Source: a virus. Taken from it: a DNA stretch of 64,000 nucleotides. The position numbers and the translations under genes were made by a program. Position 1 is the first letter of the stretch. Each line of letters starts with the position of its first letter. This document shows positions 37,601 through 43,070 of the stretch, one piece after another. Where the stretch lies: positions 1 through 64,000 of the IMG/VR virus record IMGVR_UViG_3300030060_004277; one strand, written 5' to 3'. The notes under the pieces were generated by a model, which saw nothing but the letters and a program-made list of their open reading frames with translations, ran no database searches and was not told the DNA's origin.

Positions 37601-39537
37601 TGTATCTCTACGTAAGGAGCGAACTTGACATTGGTTGACGTCAGTTGGGGAACGTGAAGCAGTGCGACTCTGCTCTTCTTGGAGGGTCTCAGATAGTGCT
37701 TTCTGATGTCGCTCTCATACTTATCACCTAACCTAGGCACTGGGCCCTTTAACGCAAATGGCCTGAAGTCGAAACTGGGACCGCCGATTGCTATCAGTTT
37801 CCTCTTGCCAGTAGGAGGACTGTTCGTATCCTGATAGGAGTTGACGGCATGTGTCACAGTTGCTGTGTTGGTAACTCTGTTCGCTGCTATGGGATTCAGG
37901 TCCCTATACACGTCCACCCTGCTGTTGATTGGTACCTGATGCTCTACGCCTTTCTGCATCTGGTCATAGACTATGTCTATCAAATCCGCTTGACCATCGC
38001 CCTTGAGATTCACTATCTCATCATTGGCATCAGGTAGCATTCTCAAATAGGAATGACCATCGACGTGGTTCTTCACATGCCTTCCGCTGTGACCTATCTG
38101 GAACTCCGTAGGCACATCAGCATACCAAGAGACCGCGAATGGATTGTCAGTGTCGGTGTCAGTGATTGACATCCTCGATGAGTAGACCAGCCCATGCACA
38201 GCATAATCGCTCTCATCTATGACCATCTGCCCTGTTCTGTCTACCATCTGCGTAGAGAAGTGAGGTGGTTGAAATGGCTTGCCGGTCCCTGAGTCTACTA
38301 GTAGGTCTGCGCCGATTACAACAAAGTAGTCATCAGAGTCAGTGGTTCTGTTTTTGTTCAGGACGCCAATCAGCCCATCATTAGCCACACCCCTGTTATG
38401 GTCCAAGTGAATGCTGGAGACGGTGAGAGTCGCTGTCCCGAACATCGTGTTTATCGAATGTAATCTCACTCTCTCTGGTGGTGAGCCATTGGGCTTCTTC
38501 GTCTTTCGGTCTATCGAATTGGGGTTGATGAGGAGGTTGTATGGTACGTGAGGAATGTACTTGTTGCCATCGCTATGATGCACTATGGTGTATTTTCCGG
38601 AACTGTACGGGGATGCTGTGAAGTCCACGTTGCCACCTGTGAAATTGCTGGTGGTCGCTGCTTTGCCAGTAAGAGCCGTCGCTAGGGCTTGAGCGTCACT
38701 GGCGCTTATGCTCATGGTGCTTAGACCACTGCTGGTGTAGTCGTTGGTGATTGATGTGAATGATATCTCATTCTCTATTGGTGATATGGGTTCCTCGAAC
38801 CTATAGAGGAGCATTGTGGTATCGTCTTTCAAAGGGGATTTGCCATCTATCATCCCCTCTTTGAAAGCGGCTTTGATATGCACTGCCTCCATTACACCCC
38901 TGAACTGACCTCCCTTGCCTCCGATGTAGATGTTGGAATTGGATTGAGACATTCTCTTCGGTCTGTCCTTGAGGCTCTTCTCCGCCATGAGTTCTCCATT
39001 GACATAGAGTTGTATCCCCTTCTGTCTCACTGCTGCTACTACGTGTAGAAGTTGCCTGTGGTTCTTGTTCAAATCAGTCGCATTGCCATACGTGCTCGTA
39101 TCGAATCTGTTGTAAGAGTCATGGATGCCCCCGAAGTTGGAGGCTGGGTATACTGTACCCTCAAATCTGTTGGAGGTTTTACTACCTGTGGTTATCTCAT
39201 GGTACTCGTCTTTGCTACCATTATTGAGGTAGATACCGAAGGTCGCCGGTCCGGGCGTGTCTATGTTTCCCACCGTGAGTTTGAACTGACCCTCCTTCTC
39301 TACGACAGTGCCACCACAGTCAGGCATCAACCAAGTCTCGATTACTATCTCGTTGGTGTACCTGCCTGAGGTGATTGACAAATCCGGATTTGGATTGCTG
39401 TCATCCAGTATCTCCCTCATGCTGGTATTGCCCTGAGCATCCCTGAAGCCAATGATGGGAGAGCCGTCGGGAACCAGTATGCTATCGCTCACACCATCGA
39501 AGAAGAATGCATGATTGGTGCGACTGATAACTGACAT
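22636..39537 (-). CDS. Giant (5633 aa) virion tail protein with N-terminal LamG/concanavalin A-like domain
   Basis: Uninterrupted 16.9 kb ORF. FFDGVSD...ETW...HVVA...LYVNG...IYIGG...FRG LamG pattern. Lies in the tail module. Confidence 0.8.
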   Translation of the reverse strand: MSVISRTNHAFFFDGVSDSILVPDGSPIIGFRDAQGNTSMREILDDSNPNPDLSITSGRYTNEIVIETWLMPDCGGTVVEKEGQFKLTVGNIDTPGPATFGIYLNNGSKDEYHEITTGSKTSNRFEGTVYPASNFGGIHDSYNRFDTSTYGNATDLNKNHRQLLHVVAAVRQKGIQLYVNGELMAEKSLKDRPKRMSQSNSNIYIGGKGGQFRGVMEAVHIKAAFKEGMIDGKSPLKDDTTMLLYRFEEPISPIENEISFTSITNDYTSSGLSTMSISASDAQALATALTGKAATTSNFTGGNVDFTASPYSSGKYTIVHHSDGNKYIPHVPYNLLINPNSIDRKTKKPNGSPPERVRLHSINTMFGTATLTVSSIHLDHNRGVANDGLIGVLNKNRTTDSDDYFVVIGADLLVDSGTGKPFQPPHFSTQMVDRTGQMVIDESDYAVHGLVYSSRMSITDTDTDNPFAVSWYADVPTEFQIGHSGRHVKNHVDGHSYLRMLPDANDEIVNLKGDGQADLIDIVYDQMQKGVEHQVPINSRVDVYRDLNPIAANRVTNTATVTHAVNSYQDTNSPPTGKRKLIAIGGPSFDFRPFALKGPVPRLGDKYESDIRKHYLRPSKKSRVALLHVPQLTSTNVKFAPYVEIHYNAVDLTGASMHKTVTGGSFVSGTTYIIVSAGNTDFTSIGASDSNVGTIFNATGTGSGTGTARPYYPMLMVEKTVPASDVSTGAGSFIYDAIVDSLSSGKTLYAAGGILEFNAGDLQSASNMLQPHGLIGDNSEGYSADTDIDETLSPANYTPRADDASQNITPSVILDSTSVDGSHESVFNMVSFPKISAGVSLTDKGDFSRVEPDTVVGSPSAGQFDTAITPSYSNTHEVFDIIDNVAIPDGSVSNMMLVVQPSDRRRTNQLSNYIDRSASTNNPSLFRIMCLLSRARVRSVRENDAADRGNYTVINCVGLSESAASRNVDLVGTGSPDSHIVKEIEPNAPVVTVTLGGPGQGAMDTKPVYQKSMLAHESYSTRRAYAVEAVKLDMDFSTGTGTLLVEPLNNNSEDLASWGTYGFPRYGRIYLPDGSSAKYSSKSGTTFTFTLSTLGSGDFISASGSEYTSIGEILNATGLMVGDTSGAVEIYGNFTVFSEPDFGDESNIENGSTVNDRMHQALNDVSHDYQLGTQYASTRAIAEIPLFTNQFFKSTVGPDNGFKIHVDATHTAHTYNPSPVGRRFKSRPPTDREASSAYSFAIEKREFVKSTYITKIEGDVTNGLDLYLNDIDVFPAPTKTNAKYHGTSHRRYRKIFTATGEWAWYSSIDYTNGSIRIGEPGVISGLYAITDGFLDSLQTGASVFLGGPLLDSDIDVISSDEFTPSSDFEGRSEYHYDAASVKTQGGNVDYGLRQYVTAVEFKAGPESNPHAPKVEVKRATGKPLSELKTSLGNSEFALTLTLSPEDFARFPNLGYDDIANAPKEQGELIYEVQYNDGSTIHRYHYHGNLKTIGSVTTPDNSITLAYTTAVGTNPTSLVGKKITLSRKAARVIRETSAFGTGQTFYDGGVVYRELFNNMHIDTSLGITAYSSTARAYVEIDSSDLGKKTLHNLHGMNIKKDDEVYYYVDTTTDEIKKIGTVTRVDGSTIHLSGNAPDIPSNAKLAVAMGDYEDRDAILNAKWLNPYAPGGLRNGDTIWANMSYNNPHAVEGLFAKSRGVYDESQVWSEFTGGSGSLSDSPRDSTPIENFLIGNDCLETARNYVQHVNRTIEENYLALGLTASQAPTIAYTDPYLFTADHARVLLYDVAHDREFIAFQDIFMQVQTSPEATQLGWRKEVVDTGGTSRTSLYKLNAQYAGSAPSPWTTQIDVTNGYLSQNPYIRSTQQSKFIESAYAHDLANRQTSDLLESTVPTGTYKLPTDGRDNTSVRIYGKAHGHHVHTEYSLGGTVDGLRHGYSTVPRTNDSASLSEVADTLHFLTRIPLDSSDVFTSALVTHRKSTSSSGYNLRDPSTFFDTPDGTRVIPAFLCLRGIRAESLDLTSHEESRLQHLPEWKDMDFVRRLTIDMGEVKNREGVVNIRQAAEEVVRLINQHGALTARTNNGSAHDPSPFWHVDDKNKGTHMGYVRAHIGREVQDLKGDTGVSIVVHSTVPGATGRNFCVWLDNSTGQDTYEPEFLIGHGGRWRNFWALPEENEGENMHPAPMPLNKHGRPFAPITTLRQYITAEESGEDVHSVSDFEDDTVLRAVSDSISGKSHNTINVESLDVKGSSSTLTKGLRVGSRATGRVNFGGLVATGVPGWAPNAGTWGFGKVNERGFNNRYGKSTGSYGSYVPSADKLSDNIGSGQVFGFRFKDNTGDEFGVRYVYKQVSESFSNENTILPNTIDDEVCVFFDDRDTSQGGFTIGKHMFGSGDSTGRMAVDYGDSSLTNVDTAGGFVTGHRYRIVSTGSTDFTTVGAADSNVGTFFVATGAGSGTGTARAVPTVTEHAWKGGRWRGVPSPEATIAVGSSVGLDGGGLSLSGTTLTITHARPYSHMSSDIDILGYYGFPKENGVIHIHGRKLTVAPADDVHLGYVASYSRREGDKFYDVEGFTSTELATISGNGGEFISAGPNWTCLVTDELMAAVTAAAVNAGNIINSAEGLKFDCTDMYAADGRTFGEWGVSPTAITIRAYNPNKTLRPLNTSFSATLHPDQGIKAAHLEFGELEKTLRPTGSVGYAFGTSRAVSDADIDKSRNIDCGYIPYTLLQIRTAARGPNSNTATPVLVDSSNIPVSIKKWREGLKGISFTRSSGDHILPKIDNPQLLTDEAGGLRANVNNTAQDVTDFLIPYYQSHVVLKPANERARVYLSPDINTTAELRYNTTSATASTADAYDLEWVADTGSDDFDTHHTGGGGSPSASVDYLWSKWGDREHTRKFDGLRSVGSVFSEPVVMFKGGKRSRDHSVPLYFGGGFSGVTLDVNDGTQNDYSSFYTHPYANGPTGVSGIQNASEISTSFAMLDTNAMFAFFPGAALCNQHRGSITPPAFNKDNVLAPDLNKTSVLSNDIITAKPTPLVLRFPHPTARYEDHIDGTENKTTYVIFGPGQAFPFTREVNDSNGLAHSSVDAGNKFEPNPGLIVTATNNSTWASVPDSDTQSNLLFPNSIDNDKYTFGPMSKTRYNDTAGFHWRTMVNWETPAGYCMKGKFLQRPAHGRHYGQQFSDATPHHATDLLPIHPKMHTPVIAYGIAMAADTVWHMDGGFHPGGHWMDNQITFNPPHPSASSNNRINGTSWPRGDQIHPAAFRVSGTMLNKTLNYTGSSDSVTTAHAQMEYIVVDATRCQNGEEFATILGAAINTFPGAGALKALGGTHMPSMGNSLRQDRYGWVSVGTSSSGVQQSSAPTNFITVDTSNPNQVTAEQIPASGWLRAHVSNTVSWACYHSREINASGDIKFFLAPNRIEGKNEFEDIATWEDHVGGSADDFATVASNATIFVWSKAGTIRFNNENDSTRDHMTQAHFSGIADAIDRTRPIGAVGWHGERYSLLNSLKISVSTTKNASTTTTTGYAAGLGAYHPNLAFSPYGTAGTVMSTHGSVPVVAPMKHSPESIAPVDGLGTNVADALTKTRFYTNFPDSSGDGWSTGTSSPYFQDSDTTTNSVTHWSSPTNYRTTLPKELTHPQGLYTSAFLVVSYECETALKNKYDRDLIQCNGDWLHLKTTSSNKIRAAGTTQFDPRFHDQDRYIAPANAGPNVEALIVDGTAVPTGTVGANWTDTLTSDFFTNFSFTNATCDYNDDPTITHDADDKIIVGLRVIGTGIPEGATIASITSTTEFELSASTTGGSVTNGTLTFVDTTSASNDLLLKNATPGLNKTGDLLFDLDRSVGSALLESGDAQRNVSADKYTGTAYTASTGNSVAYPTEYWMGDVNAFQMYENSPAKNFSVENVVWKRMDGGNLSLPAINARGLGAVPWVTRVDTTGSSDTAFLTGEKLYGNVRFSFETTNSAMMPVLQAQELSHPEFMRKNPYSVGSVLNIPNEEIQFQSITVIDDAGQEHVIEGGSPLGTIIRGFRTPPDRGTNGKAPALANSGNTPNLKVMLPNPDSIPGNIVVRSGFDPLQAYQNETMGSGGMIHPDLGDTHIGHLFDNSVAGPRNSPTYEDHNWERINPVTFDSEVGAWNNNNPLKSSYELHDRTLLFHVTKMGHSHTHRYPTTYTHSFGSSGACSLQNQDLSVVSWTPSSSQLVVSDTPDAKVIDAGFGTKEVADSRKFLRVYNPTTDEGAVCSYTSAGSATLTVVGDVDFADFMAGQTVTNLKVVPSYYVPACSTRFFAARRMRDHAEVSGNSPDMAHTLYFAGDTIAHNAYSEPQMTPMPYPRMGHHFVTPTMPMLPGHWAHPAYQSLYERHLADFNSTTSFLDAGLFNKHTTSTNVLSEVETSLGTSLVDNINPLEAEVNFSGVNAAPSPPSDIHGGAFTLMFETGVKYDGYGVLASSGTAGTMNSLGGHTVVLEASANYTLERHFPDPAEVGAYQIVIQPNVFSNQLVGYHNYDSTVSLTSQQVNTVVGIKRDSSRSTKIGGLALVLAKEVQADVRGCEVFVNEVMLDISPDHGSQFTNVPPLMSYNPLGVQLTETPSFTRRGFPYASMFSDATPGYTLNIPWWSILHKNGPQGSEAQNYRGLTQYAPDDYYLFSRSTFGSIGNQLTINGYTSTYIDIYSNIRNNISINPKSTVVSFSNASGKVQISNSNTFPISPYYSQVVEYIGKNGVRYTKELVSRSGAVNDVNQGDYLQLQAGSDAFWNNIYDGAIVRLSYKYDTLPAGEIFTNRQKSVFAHILPDIIDGNQDTNNGFLPDAFICMWHPNLGRPNTYFSDSRTTLSGNSIDKSPYNSIPEHFETIHYHDFSHVISTGPFDFLIKTPKNTRTGEVTSGDSDHDVGGTNVMLSGFWPCGSRGGAHASRLDVYSYASSSWNLHATTDNCNFSSASNNEWTDADDDGSYSLSSGLAVGSMGGTRRRPYGYRNAVRQANNKPRYGVNPVRFQHENTANVEGNNTTDYEAGPLVQIESSAWGWSGNSTNDSTFPTTYVGVMERLTNFTGMLGHDQANLQVRYSDGRRMTRPFGTPVRTLRNPSGVERDWWGDLEGKGLTSLSVAAQYYLVDWWGNERGEAVRRAPVRGFGIRPSWDCGNAYEEDRTNSRTPYRRIWNNGKPIYNLKGIVNFSNGNVSVTSGNTVPRFGGVLNNANNNDANNLVDVFAPTHSLRVGDMGNGRGVRYPTMFNEDKLTELSSPVHTTGLVLSHNTAEPLFGNGLVRPRDDVLGADEVPRGISARLGIAENGLLKPEAVVSDRIEDIVGTSVHKDPISRTSPRIGVDADTVEGVEQHHIAINTEAHSLHTDRGVGQRVILEGGSQVKTSAVSTLTDVEYDALSFARQSSSHSTLSSAYKFSHTGAFRPYGGSYIMETRSYAGLFDDTGWGVGSLTGATSTSNPYQDTTSYSSDSVRNNESDSVVEFMLRPIRVLDKNHIEVFRFHNFLVDGTSPQYDANYYYCTSGGRYGLFTYKVENGRTGTNNIPTSRSLPDGNGPYIPVYVIVPDNSTTTPNSQGPKIPGAGVTGYDVTSLETPVSRLVISENTLQHHRSDAPRRRQEEQSDDKLRRIDYTIRPRFSQALHNKGHDGDVSYNVTEHSGDGS

Positions 39538-39554
39538 CCCATTTCTTCCTCACA

Positions 39555-40862
39555 TCATATCAGCATGTCTATCGGTGCGAATAGCATGTTGAAGTTGTAC
39601 ACGGTCTCACCCGCATCGTATGCGATGTCCATCTTCTGGACAGCGCCCTGTATGCCAGTGAAGGCATTATGAGGGTCGAAGTCAACACTGGCTGGTAGAG
39701 TGTTGTTGACGGATGTCTTTTCAAGGCCGTGTTTGCCAAAACCAGTTGGCATGAAGAAGTTCCTCGCTGTGTACAACTCACCATCTGATGAAGTTATAGT
39801 GGAGTTGTAGGGTATCTGTATACCTATGATGTAGTCCTTCTTCTCTTCATCGAATGAGCCAACGAAACTGCTTAGACCAGCGCCCGCGAGACTAGCAGAA
39901 GCGGTGAATCCACCCACAGCAGCAGGAGCGCCTAGACCAGCAGTGGCGGCTGTACCACCTAATGATGCCACCATGCCCCCTATGCCACCAATGACAGCAC
40001 CGAACCCTGCTAGTTTCCTACCTGTGTCAGTGACGCTGTTGTTGAGTATGCCATACAGGTCCATGGCTTTGTCACCTGCTGATTTCTTGCCACCGGTCGT
40101 ACCACCAGTGAAGGTACTGAACTCAGGTGCATTGAATGTAGCGGTGTTGTACACATTGGTCCCGCCTGTCACATTGAAGACCGGGGTCTGTGTGTTACCA
40201 TCGGAGCCAAATGAGACTTGTGTCACTCTGACCCCATAGGAGTCCCTGTTGTTCTCCTGATTTGACACGGTCTCGACCGCTGCCGTAAGTGTGGACGAGT
40301 GTTGTGCGTTGATGTAGGCAGCCACTGCTGTTGCTATCGTCTTGGCAAGTAGATTCTGAGCCGTGTCTACAGTGCTGTCAGAGGCGCTCTGCAAGTCCGA
40401 GGAGAGAAACACAAGCACGGTGGGTGTGCTACCAGCACCACCAGTCGCACTGTACGCAGCGACCTCACCACTGATGAGCGAACCGCTGGAGGTAAAACCG
40501 ACTGTCTTGTCGTCACCTGCTGTATTGGTGAAGGTTATTGTCCTAGTGCTTGCAGACAGTAATGCATTCACATTGCTGTAACTAGCCCAAGGCACACCGA
40601 CGCTCGACCCTCCCTTTCTACCGAAGTTGATTAGGCAACTGGCCTTGTTGCTTGAAGAGCCCTCCCTGTCGTCAGTAATGACTCCTTGAATGTTGATGAG
40701 TGCTGTGTTCACGTTGAAATCAGCACCAACCCTGAAACTGCCTGTGAACGGCATGGGTGCGCCGCCTACCTTCCTCTCTGTCGTGAGGGTCATGTTGGTG
40801 GCGTCTAACTCAATGAGTTTGCCGTTCTCCTGCACTAGTCTAATTGGAACTCCTGCTGGCAT
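39555..40862 (-). CDS. Putative distal tail (Dit-like) protein with insertions
   Basis: Immediately after the tape measure gene; GGTGA SD. Confidence 0.45.
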   Translation of the reverse strand: MPAGVPIRLVQENGKLIELDATNMTLTTERKVGGAPMPFTGSFRVGADFNVNTALINIQGVITDDREGSSSNKASCLINFGRKGGSSVGVPWASYSNVNALLSASTRTITFTNTAGDDKTVGFTSSGSLISGEVAAYSATGGAGSTPTVLVFLSSDLQSASDSTVDTAQNLLAKTIATAVAAYINAQHSSTLTAAVETVSNQENNRDSYGVRVTQVSFGSDGNTQTPVFNVTGGTNVYNTATFNAPEFSTFTGGTTGGKKSAGDKAMDLYGILNNSVTDTGRKLAGFGAVIGGIGGMVASLGGTAATAGLGAPAAVGGFTASASLAGAGLSSFVGSFDEEKKDYIIGIQIPYNSTITSSDGELYTARNFFMPTGFGKHGLEKTSVNNTLPASVDFDPHNAFTGIQGAVQKMDIAYDAGETVYNFNMLFAPIDMLI

Positions 40863-40866
40863 CTAT

Positions 40867-41865
40867 TCACCTCGGTGCGTATCTCGCTCCCCCAACTGCA
40901 CGGGCAGTCTCCTCCTGAATCATTCTCCCTATCTCCGTTGCGAGGGCCCTCTTGTCCGACCTGTCCGTGATGCCACCTGCATTCACTGTGATGTTGAATG
41001 TCTGCGATACTCCACCTGAGACCGTAGTCCCACCACCACCGCCTCCGCCCCCAGTGACTAAGTCACCGACTGCTCCGGCTGCCGAACCAACAGCGCTTCC
41101 TGCTGCTTTGAAACCAGCCTTGACGCCTCCGAATATCTTTCCACCGACCTTGGCAGATAAATCGACTACTTTCTTGAGACCATCTATGATACCATCTAGG
41201 ACGTTACCGAGGAAGTCTATCACAGGACCGAGTGTTGCATCATAGATATTGGACATGCCTTTCATGACCGAGTCCCATGCACCTAGTAGACCATCTAACG
41301 CTACTGAGCCTATATTGACAAAACCGTCCCATAACGGTGATACCACTCTGTCCCATGCTCCTTGAAGCAAGTTGACGAATCCACCCCATGCCTTTCCAAG
41401 AAGGGCCATTGCACTTGAGCCAAGACCCTCAATCTTATCCCAGAGCGGTAAGACGTAATCCTCCCATAATCCCTGCATCTTGATTACCATGCCACTCCAG
41501 TCTCCGGTCAGGAAACTGTAGACCATTGAGGCATAATCCTTGAGAAACGAGAATATCGGGATAATCACTCCGTTGAAGATGTCTGCCATTGTGTTGACAA
41601 CCGCCATGAAACCGCTTTTTATGAACTCGAACACAGGTAGAGCAATCTCCAATAGTTTCTCAAACAGAGGCTTGACATGCTCGTCGAAGACTTCCTTCAT
41701 CTTCATGAAGGCCTTCTGCGCGGCTGTTGCTGCCAATGAGAATGCGCCAGAAAGAAGCGAGCCTATGCCGGATGCTATACCACCAAGGCTGCTCATGCTC
41801 CCACCGATGGATTTGAGCAATCCCTGTACCATGCCCAGTGATGTACTCAGTGCTCCCAGTGCCAT
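40867..41865 (-). CDS. Short tape-measure-like protein
   Basis: Amphipathic helices with periodic W/F residues; follows the frameshifted chaperone pair. Confidence 0.65.
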   Translation of the reverse strand: MALGALSTSLGMVQGLLKSIGGSMSSLGGIASGIGSLLSGAFSLAATAAQKAFMKMKEVFDEHVKPLFEKLLEIALPVFEFIKSGFMAVVNTMADIFNGVIIPIFSFLKDYASMVYSFLTGDWSGMVIKMQGLWEDYVLPLWDKIEGLGSSAMALLGKAWGGFVNLLQGAWDRVVSPLWDGFVNIGSVALDGLLGAWDSVMKGMSNIYDATLGPVIDFLGNVLDGIIDGLKKVVDLSAKVGGKIFGGVKAGFKAAGSAVGSAAGAVGDLVTGGGGGGGGTTVSGGVSQTFNITVNAGGITDRSDKRALATEIGRMIQEETARAVGGARYAPR

Positions 41866-42158
41866 CAGAAGTCCTCCTGATGTAGGAAGTCGTAGTCGAA
41901 GGTGACAGTCTCATTGCTGGTGCTGTTTTCCATCTCTTGTCTCTTCTGCGCTTTCCTTTCCTCGTCCTCGATGGCGAGGGCCCAGATGAGTGATTGTTTG
42001 AATACGTCCTCCCCCATACTGTACACCTCGTTCAATGATACCCCGTAATGTTTTGCCACGATGTAGGCGAACAACTGATTCTGCAAGTCTATGTCTTCAG
42101 TGGATTTTATTGTCTTCCTCTGTAAGAATTGCTGAACCTTCAGTTGTTCGCCTTCGTA
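41865..42158 (-). CDS. Tail assembly chaperone T-like frame, expressed as a G-T fusion by -1 frameshift
   Basis: Open -1 frame from the slippery site: YEGEQLKVQQFLQRKTIKSTEDIDLQNQLFAY... Confidence 0.75.
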   Translation of the reverse strand, partial: YEGEQLKVQQFLQRKTIKSTEDIDLQNQLFAYIVAKHYGVSLNEVYSMGEDVFKQSLIWALAIEDEERKAQKRQEMENSTSNETVTFDYDFLHQEDF

Positions 42159-42164
42159 AAACCC
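42065..42164 (-). other. Programmed -1 ribosomal frameshift signal: G GGT TTT plus 14-bp stem
   Basis: Heptamer at 42164-42158. Stem arms 42153-42140 and 42078-42065 are perfect reverse complements. Confidence 0.8.
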
Positions 42165-42502
42165 CCTTGCATTGCCTCCGCCAGTTCATCTGGCTTAGGT
42201 AGCAACGCTGCTATCTGTTGGCCTGCAAAGGCGTTGATTTGCATTAGTTCGTTCGTGCTTAGTTCTGGATTAGTCTTTACGACCCATTCCGAGAAAGCGT
42301 GATTCCAATATCCTTCCAAATCCAATGAGACGTCATTTCCGTCCATTAGAAACATATTCTGTGCTGCTTTCTGTACGTCAAAGAACGTGATGTCTCGAAT
42401 CCAGATTTCCATGATTTGCTCAGGGTCATCCGGGTCGACCTTAATCTCGTGCTTCTGTTCATTCTTCTTCTTCAGTATTGCTTGTTTCTCCACTATCGGC
42501 AT
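42140..42502 (-). CDS. Tail assembly chaperone G-like
   Basis: Between tail tube and tape measure genes; ends GGF-TKANN at the slippery site. Confidence 0.75.
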   Translation of the reverse strand: MPIVEKQAILKKKNEQKHEIKVDPDDPEQIMEIWIRDITFFDVQKAAQNMFLMDGNDVSLDLEGYWNHAFSEWVVKTNPELSTNELMQINAFAGQQIAALLPKPDELAEAMQGGFTKANN

Positions 42503-43061
42503 TTTGTGTCACTTCCTCGGTTGCAGCCTCTTCTTCAGAGGGGGCATCCGACGAGTCATCAGCAGCCACTTCTTCAGCGGGGGCTTCAGCCTCGTCTTCG
42601 TCTGGTTCGACTGGGTCTTGTGTTAGGCCTTCGTCATCTCTCCTGAGACGCAGAACGACCTCTGCTTTGGTGCCTCGAACAGTTATTCCCCTGCTCTTGC
42701 ACTCTTCTCTTAGTTCTGCTACTGTCATTGAGTCATAGTCAGTGTCAGCGAATGGATTGTCTTGTGGTGCTATGGTCTCTGTGACTTCCTCAGTCTCTTC
42801 GACCTCCTCGACCTCTTCGACCTCTTCGACCTCTTCGACTGCCTCTAAGGTCTCTTGTGCAGCCTCTACCCAAGGGGGCGTCTCCACTTTTGGGTGGACT
42901 TCTATCGCTGATAGGACAGCCATGTCAATATCCTCCCTCGTTCTCAAAGTAACGTACGAGGGTCTCATCGGCATGTCGACTTTACTGAGAAGCCAAGAGA
43001 CGTAATCCACATGAGAAACTCGATTGTAGTGCTGCACTCTCTCTAAATCTTCTGGCCACAT
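42459..43061 (-). CDS. Acidic SAP-domain protein
   Basis: YDSMTVAELREECKSRGITVRGTKAEVVLRL SAP motif flanked by Glu-rich tracts. Confidence 0.8.
   Translation of the reverse strand: MWPEDLERVQHYNRVSHVDYVSWLLSKVDMPMRPSYVTLRTREDIDMAVLSAIEVHPKVETPPWVEAAQETLEAVEEVEEVEEVEEVEETEEVTETIAPQDNPFADTDYDSMTVAELREECKSRGITVRGTKAEVVLRLRRDDEGLTQDPVEPDEDEAEAPAEEVAADDSSDAPSEEEAATEEVTQNADSGETSNTEEEE
42795..42839. repeat. 9-bp tandem repeat x5 (CTCTTCGAC) encoding (VEE)n
   Basis: Read directly; one unit has one mismatch. Confidence 0.9.
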
Positions 43062-43070
43062 CTAATTCAC

